IMG/VR virus record: IMGVR_UViG_3300011113_000640
Span: 124,001 to 188,000 of that record
Direction: 5' to 3' (one strand)
DNA: 64,000 nucleotides
Shown: positions 19,678 to 29,269 of the stretch, one piece after another
Layout of the letters: each line of letters starts with the position of its first letter
How positions within the stretch are numbered: the stretch's first letter is position 1
Notes under the pieces: model-generated
What the model was told of the DNA's origin: nothing
The model's database searches: none
The model's input: only the letters and a program-made list of their open reading frames with translations
Program-made: the position numbers and the translations under genes

Positions 19678-19754
19678 AGTTAAGTTGCCTTTCTAAAGTT
19701 TACTATGTGTTGCCTATCTAAATGTTTAGATGTTACGTTGCCTGTGATGCCGAC

Positions 19755-19815
19755 AAAAAAGCGCATACACTTTTACAAGTATACACGCTGGTTTGAGTAG
19801 CGTCAAGTGTATTTA
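19755..19815 (-). promoter_or_regulatory. Composite control region: late TAAATA, sigma70 promoter and overlapping terminator-like hairpin
   Basis: TAAATA at 19810-19815; TTGACG-N17-TATACT at 19806-19778; hairpin 19760-19789 followed by a T-tract. Confidence 0.7.
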
Positions 19816-19834
19816 TGACGCGGTTGTTCAGATG

Positions 19835-21631
19835 CTAGGTTTTGATCATGCCGCTTAATTCTTTTAAGCGATCCAAGAACGTGGAATCCTCGGCCACAGG
19901 TTTCATTCGGCCACTGTGTCCGTACTGTCCTTGCAGAGCTGAGGTTTCGTACATGCCACACTCTTTGAGTCCGTGAACTGGGCAACTTTCACCTGCTTCG
20001 GTCATGTTACACTTGTCACGCTCGTTGATTGGGCTGAGAACACCTGGGCTTTGTTCATCTAAGTCCTCTTCAGATTCTTCTCGGAGTTCTGGTTCATAAT
20101 CGGGTGCTGGTCTTTCTTGAGCCGGCACACCTGCGTGTTTCAAGATACTGCTCAAGTCTTGAGCATATTCTGGATAGGCCGGTTGGGCAGTGTCGGGTGG
20201 ATCTTCGGTTTGTGTGGCAGGATCTTTGACAGTTTCTTCCATTTCCTCACCTTGTTCAGGCACTTCGATGTCGGTGATCAGGTCATCTGCGGCATCACCG
20301 CCCAACATTTCTTCAACCTTGTCTTCTTCTGATTCAAGATCAGCAGGTGTCTGCTCGGGCGGATTCATTTCTGCCGTGGCATCAATGTTCAAGCTGGTTA
20401 TGACCTTCATTACATCTGGGTCTTGATCTAATTCTTGCATGCGATTGAGTATGACCTGGCGTGCATCAGCATTGGCATCACGATCGGCCAAGGCCTGCAG
20501 TTGATCAAACAACTCATCATCGCCCAGCAGGTCATACAGTTGTTCGGTGGCATTGGTGGCATCGGCACCCACTGGTAGATCCTTGCTCATCAGTTCGATC
20601 AGTTTGGCTTGTTTTTCTGGTGTGTCTGGTGTCTGCCAGGTTCCTTCCATGAGCTGGTCAGCCCAGCTTTCAAATATTGCGGCTTCTTTCATAGCGTTTT
20701 CCTGTTGTTGAATTCTAGCGATCAACGGAAGTGCATCTTCAATCCGCTGATCAATACTTTGTGTGACAAACAAGTGTTTGAGTCCTTCAATGACCACGCT
20801 TTCTTCTGACACATTCAGCGGAGTCCATGATTCAAAATACGTGTTGTAGCCGCGACGATTGGTCAGGCTCTTTAAATTGCGTTGTAGATTTTCATAGTAG
20901 GCCGTGGTTTGTTCTACCAGGGTGGCAGTGTCGCCTTCCAACAATCGGCCAGCATTGGCACGTTTGAAGCGACTCAGCACAGTGAGTTCCGTGACCATTT
21001 CAGCAATGTGTTGTCCACGCAGGTCATACGGACGACCACCGTTGCGCACATGTTCCAACATGGCCTTGCCAGCAGTGAGATTGCGGAATGGTAGTTTATA
21101 TCTTTCGCCTTCGGCGGTTTCAATAAACAAACTTTCCACGTAACGGAATCTGGCTTCGCCTTCACCCAGGTTGCGTTTGTGTTTGATCATGAGTCGGCTT
21201 TCGTTGGCGCCGGCATTCCACGAAATGTCTTTTTTGCCCTGCCATGACTCAAACAAGCCTTCTTTGATGGCAGCTTGACCTTGCATGCTGTAGCGCAGGT
21301 GATTCAAATTCTTCACACCAAAATCCAATCGATTGGTGCGCACGGCAAAATGCTTGAGTTGCTCTAAAAAGTTGAACCAGTCGGTTTTGTCGGCACCTTC
21401 CATGGTTTTGCCCACGTTGTCGGCACAGTAAACTTCCAGGGCTCCGTCATCACTAAGCATGATCACAACAGTGCCGTAGTCCTTGCCCGATTCTGCACGG
21501 AAGTCAAAACTGAATATTTCCGCTTCACTGGGATCAGCAGCGGGTTTTCCAGCGGCATCCAGGATTTCTGGATCAAAATCTCTGGTGACCAAAAGATCAA
21601 ACAGTTTGCGGGCGGGTGTTATATCTGCCAT
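19835..21631 (-). CDS. Putative head/prohead-core-associated protein
   Basis: Late promoter; many hydrophobic-x-E sites, acidic linkers and C-terminal LDRLKELSGM; adjacent to terminase. Confidence 0.5.
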   Translation of the reverse strand: MADITPARKLFDLLVTRDFDPEILDAAGKPAADPSEAEIFSFDFRAESGKDYGTVVIMLSDDGALEVYCADNVGKTMEGADKTDWFNFLEQLKHFAVRTNRLDFGVKNLNHLRYSMQGQAAIKEGLFESWQGKKDISWNAGANESRLMIKHKRNLGEGEARFRYVESLFIETAEGERYKLPFRNLTAGKAMLEHVRNGGRPYDLRGQHIAEMVTELTVLSRFKRANAGRLLEGDTATLVEQTTAYYENLQRNLKSLTNRRGYNTYFESWTPLNVSEESVVIEGLKHLFVTQSIDQRIEDALPLIARIQQQENAMKEAAIFESWADQLMEGTWQTPDTPEKQAKLIELMSKDLPVGADATNATEQLYDLLGDDELFDQLQALADRDANADARQVILNRMQELDQDPDVMKVITSLNIDATAEMNPPEQTPADLESEEDKVEEMLGGDAADDLITDIEVPEQGEEMEETVKDPATQTEDPPDTAQPAYPEYAQDLSSILKHAGVPAQERPAPDYEPELREESEEDLDEQSPGVLSPINERDKCNMTEAGESCPVHGLKECGMYETSALQGQYGHSGRMKPVAEDSTFLDRLKELSGMIKT

Positions 21632-21641
21632 AGTAGTGTAT

Positions 21642-23207
21642 TTATCGTAGTACTGCTATGAAGGGCATGGGCGGTTTTATGTCATCGCCATGGTCACGCA
21701 GTTGGTTGTTTATGGTGCTGTCATAGGTTTGTAGCAGTTGTAACATGCGCACTGCCAGCACTGTGCTCATGACAAGATCATCAGTTTCGCCGGGTTTGGC
21801 CGCATAGCCCATGCCTGAAGCCACAAAAGTTTTGAGCTCGCTGACCAGGCCCGTGCTACGGATTTTCATTCTGGCAGTTTCTACCAGCAATTTTAATTTG
21901 TTGCAGGCCGCCAGTTTGGGTTTGTTTGTGGTGTTGAATCCCTTGCGATATCTGCGCCCACTGCCCGTGCCGGGCTCACTGAGGAAATAGCCCTGTATGT
22001 TTTCTTCACCGTATTCGGCAATCGAAATCAAGGCCGCTTCGCCAATGGTGTTGTTTTCTATGCTGTAGTAGACTCGTTGAGGATCCTGCACAGTTTCGTT
22101 GATATGGGCACAGATACTGGCCAAGATACGCACCTGTTCAGGTATGGTGGTCCTGTTGTGCCGCCATTCAGCCACTTGTTCGGTGGTTTCTGCTTCAAAC
22201 ACCTGTATGGCTGCAGGATCACCTCCGGTGCCCAGGCTAGGATCCAGTGCGACCACATAGGTCCTGTCTTTTCTGGGACGCTGATACCAACGAACCTGTC
22301 CAGTTTTGTAGAGAGGTTCATGCCCTTGCAAGTCCAGGAGCTTGGCTGGAGCTATCAGAGTCTCATCATTGATAATGAATTCACACCCCATCTCTCGGCG
22401 GAAACGATCTTCACCCAGTTGCGCCCGTTGTTCAGCGGCCCAGGCTTCGTCGCGATCTGGATGTTCGTTCCAGTAACTGCGATAGGCTCTAAAGCCATTG
22501 ATGCCAAGTTCAGTGGGATTGCCGTAGGCATCCTCGCATTTGTTAGCGCCTTTCCACAACAAGGCAAACTGATCTTCATCTGAGTTGGGTGTCGACGTAA
22601 TAATGGCCTTACCACCAGTGGCCAAGGTAGGGCTGATAGATGTCCAAAACTCGCGAGCTATGGTGGGTCGCACGAACGCAAACTCGTCACAATATAACAG
22701 CGTAATACTCATACCACGACCTGTGTTTTCTGTTGTGGTGGTACTAACTATGCGACTACCATTTTCAAAATCCAAGTTGCCTTTGTTGTAACTGGTGACC
22801 CCGGCACGTATATGATCAGGGCACAGTTCGTAAGCATAACGGATACGTTGCATGATCTCCTGCGAGCCGGTGTACTTGTGTGCGGCAATCAAGATGGTTG
22901 AATCTGGACGGAACATGGCCATCCACAACAAGTAACCAGCGGCCGACGTTGACTTACCAGTTTGCCTGGGCATCATACTAATACTGTATCTGTAGTTGTG
23001 ATAGGTGTCTATCAAGCGTTTCTGATAGTCAAACGGATGATACAGCATCTTGCCCCGGGTAGGATGCTGTATGTAGAAAAAGTTGTCCATGAAATACTGC
23101 GGACCTGACACAGGATCTGCACAGGCCATGAATTCACTGAGTTGCTGGTCGGTCCAATGCTGGCGGCGATAAGGTGCTTTGACTAGGGTTGATTCAGTTT
23201 GACTCAT
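21642..23207 (-). CDS. Terminase large subunit (T4 gp17-like)
   Basis: PRQTGKS, YCDEFAF and ITSTPN; nuclease-domain motifs LDPSLGTGGD and DDLVMS. Confidence 0.95.
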   Translation of the reverse strand: MSQTESTLVKAPYRRQHWTDQQLSEFMACADPVSGPQYFMDNFFYIQHPTRGKMLYHPFDYQKRLIDTYHNYRYSISMMPRQTGKSTSAAGYLLWMAMFRPDSTILIAAHKYTGSQEIMQRIRYAYELCPDHIRAGVTSYNKGNLDFENGSRIVSTTTTENTGRGMSITLLYCDEFAFVRPTIAREFWTSISPTLATGGKAIITSTPNSDEDQFALLWKGANKCEDAYGNPTELGINGFRAYRSYWNEHPDRDEAWAAEQRAQLGEDRFRREMGCEFIINDETLIAPAKLLDLQGHEPLYKTGQVRWYQRPRKDRTYVVALDPSLGTGGDPAAIQVFEAETTEQVAEWRHNRTTIPEQVRILASICAHINETVQDPQRVYYSIENNTIGEAALISIAEYGEENIQGYFLSEPGTGSGRRYRKGFNTTNKPKLAACNKLKLLVETARMKIRSTGLVSELKTFVASGMGYAAKPGETDDLVMSTVLAVRMLQLLQTYDSTINNQLRDHGDDIKPPMPFIAVLR

Positions 23208-24331
23208 AGTAAACTACTTATTTCGGGCCATAGTTCGGCAAACTTTCCACACTGATCCGGATGATAGTGTGACTCTATCTGTTGTATGTGATCAGCCAAG
23301 GCCGGGCGCAGATCCTGTTGGCAAGGATTTCGTAGATTACCGATTACCTGTGTAAGGAATCCGCGTTCACTGGCTGATAAGTCAAGTCTGTTCAAGACCT
23401 TTGACACTTCTTTTTCTGCCGCCTGTTGTATGTCAGTGCCCAGTTTCGTAGGATCAAGATATTCGTGTTCAAAAACGTTCTGCCAGTGTATTTCTAGCTC
23501 TTGTTGTTTGACCCATTCTACAAATTCGCACAACCTGGTGGCATTGTACACATTATAAACAGCATGTATGCCCACTTGATGCCCAGGTAGTCTGGTCAAG
23601 ATTCCTAAATTTTGTTGCATCAACGACCAGTCGCCGCCGTGCCTGACATATTCATATCGTGGACCTATGTTATCAAAACTCACATTCCAGCCCACATTAT
23701 GTCGATCAGACAACAAGCGGAAAATGCGGTTTGAGGCTAGATCCACACTGAGATTTGTTATAAGGTTTACCTGTGCTGATGCAGGAACTACAGCCAAAAT
23801 TGATTCGTTTTCTTTCAGCAACAAAGGTTCGCCGCCTATCAAGGCCACTTGACTGATGCTGTCTTGATATTGACTCAGATACTCACATACCTGATGTATA
23901 TAAGGTCTGGTTCCCGAGCGAACCGGAATGCCTTTTAGGTCGGCCCATTTGGAGCTGCTTTTTTCACCGCAGTAGTTGCAACTGAGATTGCAGGTAGTGT
24001 TCCAACGCACATCTATCAGCACAGGTCTATGCTCCATGTTGTCCACTGCTGTAGCATCAAATCCTGGATTCAATTGGTTGTGCCAGTCACGTTCACTGCG
24101 TCCATAGCCGTCGGCCTGTATGCAGTTTTGACAAAACTCAGGGTGCATGCGACCTTGCCGCAGAGTTTGTCGTATTTCCTGCATGACAGGGCCGTGCAGG
24201 ATCTGTTCAATGTTGTGCTCGTTGAGATTGCCCAACATGTTGGGATCTCCTGCACAGCAGGTTTTGACATCACCTCTGGGATTGATATGCAAGCCTCGCC
24301 AAGGAGCTGCACAGTAAACTTTTGACATCAA
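23204..24331 (-). CDS. Radical SAM protein with N-terminal SPASM/twitch-like domain
   Basis: CAAPW...GDVKTCC...CQNC, then CNLSCNYC and GGEP. Confidence 0.85.
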   Translation of the reverse strand: MMSKVYCAAPWRGLHINPRGDVKTCCAGDPNMLGNLNEHNIEQILHGPVMQEIRQTLRQGRMHPEFCQNCIQADGYGRSERDWHNQLNPGFDATAVDNMEHRPVLIDVRWNTTCNLSCNYCGEKSSSKWADLKGIPVRSGTRPYIHQVCEYLSQYQDSISQVALIGGEPLLLKENESILAVVPASAQVNLITNLSVDLASNRIFRLLSDRHNVGWNVSFDNIGPRYEYVRHGGDWSLMQQNLGILTRLPGHQVGIHAVYNVYNATRLCEFVEWVKQQELEIHWQNVFEHEYLDPTKLGTDIQQAAEKEVSKVLNRLDLSASERGFLTQVIGNLRNPCQQDLRPALADHIQQIESHYHPDQCGKFAELWPEISSLL

Positions 24332-24526
24332 CTACTTATAGGGATTTTCGCCAGTAAGGCCAGGTTTGGCAAACCATAACTTGAACCAAGGTTCGGTGCC
24401 GGGTTGGATGTTTTTGTTACGTTGGAAACGGGCCACGTGTGTGCCTGTTCGAGATATGTTGCTGCCCGCAAGAGGTTTTAACTTGGACTTAGGATAAACA
24501 CCCTGGCCAAACTCACTGAATCGCAC
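24332..24526 (-). CDS. Small hypothetical protein (possible head-internal protein)
   Basis: Probable GTG start giving MRFSEF...; C-terminal PGTEPWFKLWF. Confidence 0.5.
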   Translation of the reverse strand: MRFSEFGQGVYPKSKLKPLAGSNISRTGTHVARFQRNKNIQPGTEPWFKLWFAKPGLTGENPYK

Positions 24527-24528
24527 AA

Positions 24529-24969
24529 TCAATTACACCACGACTGCTTGGCGTCGCCGTAGTATTCTCTGGCAAAGCCATTGCGGATCAGTTCAGCACG
24601 TAAACTAACACCATCCAGGATCATGTCGCCCAGCACACGACCACCAAACTTGTCCCACGAGTAAAGAATCACTTGATGTTTTTTAGTTGATGCCACAGCT
24701 TTTTTGGTAAACTCCGTGGCAGCCTGACCACGGGCATCTTCCGACGGACATTGGGCGCGATGTCCTTTTTCGGGTGTGTCCACACCAAACACACGCACAG
24801 CCAGTTCAGGCTTGAGTGGTTGTGGAAGAAATGGTGCGGCAATCACAATGGTATCTCCGTCCGTGACACGCACGATCTGTGTGTCATAAGTGGCAGAATT
24901 TTTGGGTATTTTGCCTTGAGCAAATGCCAATGCAGGCACGGTCAATAATAACAATAGGAGTTTTTTCAT
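24529..24969 (-). CDS. Thermonuclease (SNase-like) with signal peptide
   Basis: MKKLLLLLL..ALAFA signal; DGDT, VRVFGVDTPE, DKFGGRVLG and GFAREY motifs. Confidence 0.9.
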   Translation of the reverse strand: MKKLLLLLLTVPALAFAQGKIPKNSATYDTQIVRVTDGDTIVIAAPFLPQPLKPELAVRVFGVDTPEKGHRAQCPSEDARGQAATEFTKKAVASTKKHQVILYSWDKFGGRVLGDMILDGVSLRAELIRNGFAREYYGDAKQSWCN

Positions 24970-24984
24970 TTAAATTTTTTCCGA

Positions 24985-26601
24985 TTAATTTGTAAGTTCT
25001 TCCCAGCCCAGTTTCCACAATAGGTCAGCGTTGTTGGCTGTGTAGGCCACTGCCAGAGTCAAGGTGCTGGGTGTTCCGGTCGCTGTTCTCCATAGTTGCA
25101 GGCGACGTTTGATGTCTTCGCTGATCTCTACTTCGTCTCGGCTGCTACTCAGTCCAGCATAGACCACAGTACCGTCAGTGATCACATTGCTGTGTATGGC
25201 GGTTTGAACAACTGATCCGGCCACGTTGCTGAAACTGGCAGTAAAGGTGGCATTTTCAATCAATTGAAATTGTCCGTATCTAACATCAATTAGCAACAGG
25301 TCCAGTTGAGCCGGTACAACTACTGCGTCAGGATAGGCTGGATTTAGTCGTATACTGCACAAGGCTGTGACAGTGTTACCTGCCGCAACTCGTGTTGGAA
25401 CTGTGCCGTTAGTCACATAACCAATCTTGGTGCTGGGGGTATAGCCGCCCTCGCTTATCACAGTGCTACAAATCTGTTTCATGGTGCTGGCACCCGAAGT
25501 AGCACCAGTGTTAGTTATTTCATATCGAGGATTTAAGGTAGCAGTGGTCATGTATACCGTGGTGTTACCCGGCTGATTGGCATGTTGGAATGTGTGGCAC
25601 ACGATGAACACACCGTTGATCACAAATCCTGTTCTAACATTGCCTACACCCAGCCACTCAACGTCACACCAAAAAATCTGTGTCAGCGTAGGATCTAAAA
25701 CTATGCCCGATGGATTGCCGGCCAACAAGGTGTTGCCGTTCCATGAGGCTTGCGGAATTCTTTCTTCAACTATGCCGCCGGTGACACTGCTGCGAATCAC
25801 TAGATTCAGGGTAGTGCCCACTGCTTCAAAGTAGATGCCGTTGTCGGCTGTGAAGTAGCCCACACGCTGGCGACAGTTGGCTTTGAGTGTGGCCATGGCA
25901 AAGGTATTCATGATCAACAAGCTCTTGCCGGGTTGATAGGTCTGAACTGTTTTGCTTTGTCTGATCACACTGGATCCACTGGTGGCAGATACATTTAGAT
26001 TGAACGAACTTTCATTGGCCACATACACCACATTGCCGCCTGTGGCTGTGATGTTTGAAAACTGATCACCGTCTATGTAACGATTTTGGCTGTCAAACAA
26101 GGTAAAGGGATTACTGACACGGAGTCGGCCAAACGCATCAAGATTGGTGCCACCTATGGTAGTTGACACATTGCCACCAGTAATATTAGCGTTAACTGTA
26201 CCGGTGATGCCCACGTTGCCTGTAATTGGTGGCAAAGCAGTGATTCCGGCTATGTTCCCAGTGATGCCTACATTGCCGGACGTTATGGCAACATTGACGT
26301 TGCCACTAACCACCCATGGACTTGTACCTTGAAGCACAGTGACGTTGCCAGTAATCACATCCACATTTACATTGCCGCCAATCGGCAGATAGGGTGTGGT
26401 TATATTTCCTAAACTACCAACAGCCGTGATATGGTTGTCGACTTCACCCGGAATGGTCACATTACCGGTGAGTGTGATGTTGGCGCCTTCGGTTAATCCT
26501 GTGCGCACAAAAACTTGGCCAGTGGTACTATTCAGCTCCAGAGCCTGGGTGATATTACGTAGATACCACGGTGCTACTTCAGTTGGTTCAGGATAGGCCA
26601 T
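24985..26601 (-). CDS. Putative virion structural protein
   Basis: G/N/V/T-rich repeats followed by DAFGRLRVS...YQPGKS...EWLGVG domain; late promoter. Confidence 0.6.
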   Translation of the reverse strand: MAYPEPTEVAPWYLRNITQALELNSTTGQVFVRTGLTEGANITLTGNVTIPGEVDNHITAVGSLGNITTPYLPIGGNVNVDVITGNVTVLQGTSPWVVSGNVNVAITSGNVGITGNIAGITALPPITGNVGITGTVNANITGGNVSTTIGGTNLDAFGRLRVSNPFTLFDSQNRYIDGDQFSNITATGGNVVYVANESSFNLNVSATSGSSVIRQSKTVQTYQPGKSLLIMNTFAMATLKANCRQRVGYFTADNGIYFEAVGTTLNLVIRSSVTGGIVEERIPQASWNGNTLLAGNPSGIVLDPTLTQIFWCDVEWLGVGNVRTGFVINGVFIVCHTFQHANQPGNTTVYMTTATLNPRYEITNTGATSGASTMKQICSTVISEGGYTPSTKIGYVTNGTVPTRVAAGNTVTALCSIRLNPAYPDAVVVPAQLDLLLIDVRYGQFQLIENATFTASFSNVAGSVVQTAIHSNVITDGTVVYAGLSSSRDEVEISEDIKRRLQLWRTATGTPSTLTLAVAYTANNADLLWKLGWEELTN

Positions 26602-26614
26602 AATATACTATTTA

Positions 26615-26914
26615 TTAGGGCTGGTAGTACACAATTTCACCTGTGGCAGGATCAAAATACAGCTGGTTGAGTCCAGCAGTGCTATTCACCACACGCACAT
26701 TGCCCAAAAAGGTGTTGGCTCCGGTAACCTGTATGATTTTTGTGAGTGCTCCAGTGGCATTGCCAATGTAGATTTCATTGGTGTTGATGTTCACGGTCAT
26801 TTCGGCAGGTCTGGCGTTGCCGTTGTAGTTTGTAACGGTTTCCTGGGCATTGTCCTTCATCACGGTACGGCTTATACCCGTGAGATCTTCATAGGGTGGT
26901 GGCGGATTGGCCAT
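26615..26914 (-). CDS. Small fibre-like structural protein
   Basis: 99 aa; the segment RPAEMTVNINTNEIYIGN resembles fibre N-terminal modules. Confidence 0.5.
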   Translation of the reverse strand: MANPPPPYEDLTGISRTVMKDNAQETVTNYNGNARPAEMTVNINTNEIYIGNATGALTKIIQVTGANTFLGNVRVVNSTAGLNQLYFDPATGEIVYYQP

Positions 26915-27306
26915 TATCTAGGATATCCTCGGAAAGGTCGGATAGGACTGACTGTGTCCACTGACTTGGGTTCTTCACTGGCAGCCGAGCTGACCAGCTT
27001 TTTGCCCCCGGGTGTCTTGGTCATTTTTAGCGCCAGGTCGATCACTGTATCCACATTGGCATCAAAACCCGATATCACACCATGTTCGCCAAAGGCTGTT
27101 TCTGCTTCCCAGGGCGGCATAAAGTGATCTACTTGATCTTGATCTTTGCCGCGGTCACTTCTGGCACGGGCCATGGCCACACCAAATCTGTAGTTTCTGT
27201 AAGGATCTGCGGCACTGAGGCCAGGCAGGACATAGGTATAACGCAGGGGTTCCGAGATCTCGGGCGGAAGCTCTCGTTGTTCACGGATGAACTCTCGGGC
27301 TCTCAT
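26914..27306 (-). CDS. MRAREF-family paralog 1 (putative head-internal protein)
   Basis: Begins MRAREFIRE; contains YRFGVAMA; ends TVSPIRPFRGY. Confidence 0.6.
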   Translation of the reverse strand: MRAREFIREQRELPPEISEPLRYTYVLPGLSAADPYRNYRFGVAMARARSDRGKDQDQVDHFMPPWEAETAFGEHGVISGFDANVDTVIDLALKMTKTPGGKKLVSSAASEEPKSVDTVSPIRPFRGYPR

Positions 27307-27701
27307 CGGCCGTATCCCCCAAATCCTGTCACAGGACTGGTCTTGTTGACCCAGTCTGCTTCGGTGCTACGATTGTCTGTGAGCTTCTTGACTTCTCCAG
27401 CTCCCACTGATTTGGCAGCTGCGTTGATGATTTTTAAGTCGGCATCACTGTAAGTGGCCAAGAGTGGATCTCCAGCAAAAGCACCTGCTGGAGGTGTGGG
27501 ATAATCAGGTGCACCGGCCATGGCTATACCAAAACGCCATTGGGTGTAAGGACTGCCACCTTGTTTGTTTGAGCTGATGTCAGGCATGCTGATGGCGCCT
27601 TTGATGGCCGAGTGTTGACTCTTGGCCAGTTTCCGTCCGTTGGCTGGAACGTCAGCAGCACTGCCAAATTTTGCCTCAGCTACAAATTCTCTTGCTCTCA
27701 T
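27303..27701 (-). CDS. MRAREF-family paralog 2
   Basis: Start reassigned to 27701 (ATGA overlap): MRAREFVAE; WRFGIAMA; ends KTSPVTGFGGY. Confidence 0.6.
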   Translation of the reverse strand: MRAREFVAEAKFGSAADVPANGRKLAKSQHSAIKGAISMPDISSNKQGGSPYTQWRFGIAMAGAPDYPTPPAGAFAGDPLLATYSDADLKIINAAAKSVGAGEVKKLTDNRSTEADWVNKTSPVTGFGGYGR

Positions 27702-28576
27702 TCCATGTCCTGTAAATGCATGTGACCAAACGGTGGATTGCTCTTGACGTTTTGCCATAATTCTCTGTTGCTCATTATCTCCACCCAGACATCTGTGGTG
27801 GGACGATTCAAACTCCAAAAATCAAACTTCATGTGACTGCTCACAGGGCGGCAATACAATGTGCGTTCTTTGGGCACACACAGTTGTTGGCTTGTGGTGC
27901 GCATTTTCTTACCGTCGGTGCTGGTCCTAAGTATATTTAGTTGCGGATCATTGATGTAGACTTGGCACATGCCATCCACTAGATCCTGTGGTGTGCTGGC
28001 TGACTTTACCACGGCTTCTGCCAACAACAAGCGGCTTTCACTGCTGATACGGTCCAGGGTTTTACGTTTATCTCTTGGACTGCGTTGCATACCGGCTGTG
28101 GGCATCCAAATGCCGTGATTGGTCCTGGCCACTGTTTGATCTTGGGGTATCTTTTTGGCTTTAAATCTGTAAGGACGTTTTCCGTCCCAGTTGCTGGCTT
28201 CAATCAAGAACATGTTGTCCTGATCAAATACCATGGTGCAACCACACAGGCGTTGTTGGACTAAAAATTTTGCCGCTGCCTCGGCCGTAGGCAAGGTCAA
28301 GGCTTCGGCAATCATCTGGCCATCAGGGCTGGTTTTGACCCGGCCAGATTCAACTTCGGTTTCATCATTGCCCACATCCAGGCTGGTGTTCAAGATACTT
28401 ACACCTCGGCTGTTGATGCCTTCTTTGTAGCCAGTGATTTCGTCATGCATCATCATGCGATCGGCGCTTTCGGATTCGCTTTCGATGAAGTCTAATACAG
28501 GTATGTAGGTTCGGTCTCGATTTTTGGCACCGGCCCATCCAATACCGTCAAAGTATTTGGCTACGATCACGCACAT
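27698..28576 (-). CDS. Ntn-hydrolase (Cys nucleophile; NRDE/C45-like)
   Basis: Cys at position 2; KNRDR, EGINSRG and RTNHG motifs. Confidence 0.7.
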   Translation of the reverse strand: MCVIVAKYFDGIGWAGAKNRDRTYIPVLDFIESESESADRMMMHDEITGYKEGINSRGVSILNTSLDVGNDETEVESGRVKTSPDGQMIAEALTLPTAEAAAKFLVQQRLCGCTMVFDQDNMFLIEASNWDGKRPYRFKAKKIPQDQTVARTNHGIWMPTAGMQRSPRDKRKTLDRISSESRLLLAEAVVKSASTPQDLVDGMCQVYINDPQLNILRTSTDGKKMRTTSQQLCVPKERTLYCRPVSSHMKFDFWSLNRPTTDVWVEIMSNRELWQNVKSNPPFGHMHLQDME

Positions 28577-28577
28577 T

Positions 28578-28958
28578 TTATTTTGCGTAGCCCCGGAAAC
28601 CTTTTACTGGGCTTGTAGTATTCACATATTCAGCCTCAAGACTGCCGGGCAACACATGATCTCGTGGATTCATGCCCAGTTTTTTCATGATGGCTTTGAG
28701 TTTTTTCCTATCATATTCAGTGTAGGCACTGAACACCGGAAGGTTTCCAAAGAATCCAATGTCATCAACCTTGCCTATTTGGTCTGGGTCCATGCCGGCC
28801 AGGCTCGACACACGATAGAAATCATAATAGCGGCCCCAATACACATCGCCATTTCCACCCGGACCAATTATGCCAGGATGTGCCTGATCAAATTCGTGAT
28901 TGGCAGTGGATCTGGTTCCGCCCCTACTAGCTTCGGTGACGAATTCTCGGGCACGCAC
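28578..28958 (-). CDS. MRAREF-family paralog 3
   Basis: GTG start, MRAREFVTE; ends TTSPVKGFRGY. Confidence 0.6.
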   Translation of the reverse strand: MRAREFVTEASRGGTRSTANHEFDQAHPGIIGPGGNGDVYWGRYYDFYRVSSLAGMDPDQIGKVDDIGFFGNLPVFSAYTEYDRKKLKAIMKKLGMNPRDHVLPGSLEAEYVNTTSPVKGFRGYAK

Positions 28959-28960
28959 TG

Positions 28961-29254
28961 TTATTGTCCTGCGGTGTTGAACACACTATATTGTGCAGAA
29001 CTTTGTGTGCCTAATTCCAATGCTGTAAATGGTGAGCCTACTATTGTAACTTTGTTTCCGGCACCTGAATAACCTTCAAACACTGTGTTGGCTGGAATCG
29101 TGATTGGTGCAGTGTAGATATTGCCAATGGCTGCGGCGGTTCCCAAGGCTGTGGCATAGGCTTGATAAGTCACTGCGTTGGCAGCCGTGGAGATCTGTAG
29201 TTTGTCTGTGTAAACAGTTGTGTTAGCTAGTGTGGTGTATACGTTTGCGGCCAT
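28961..29254 (-). CDS. Small Ala/Thr-rich structural protein
   Basis: 97 aa with SD AGGA; composition typical of virion proteins. Confidence 0.55.
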   Translation of the reverse strand: MAANVYTTLANTTVYTDKLQISTAANAVTYQAYATALGTAAAIGNIYTAPITIPANTVFEGYSGAGNKVTIVGSPFTALELGTQSSAQYSVFNTAGQ

Positions 29255-29269
29255 TTTATTTTCCTTTGT

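Noticed and set aside
24332-24532. Small Trp-containing ORF as RiPP precursor for the adjacent radical SAM/SPASM enzyme
   Set aside because: No transporter or leader-peptide features; its MRFSEF start better fits the head-cargo family. Adjacency alone is insufficient.
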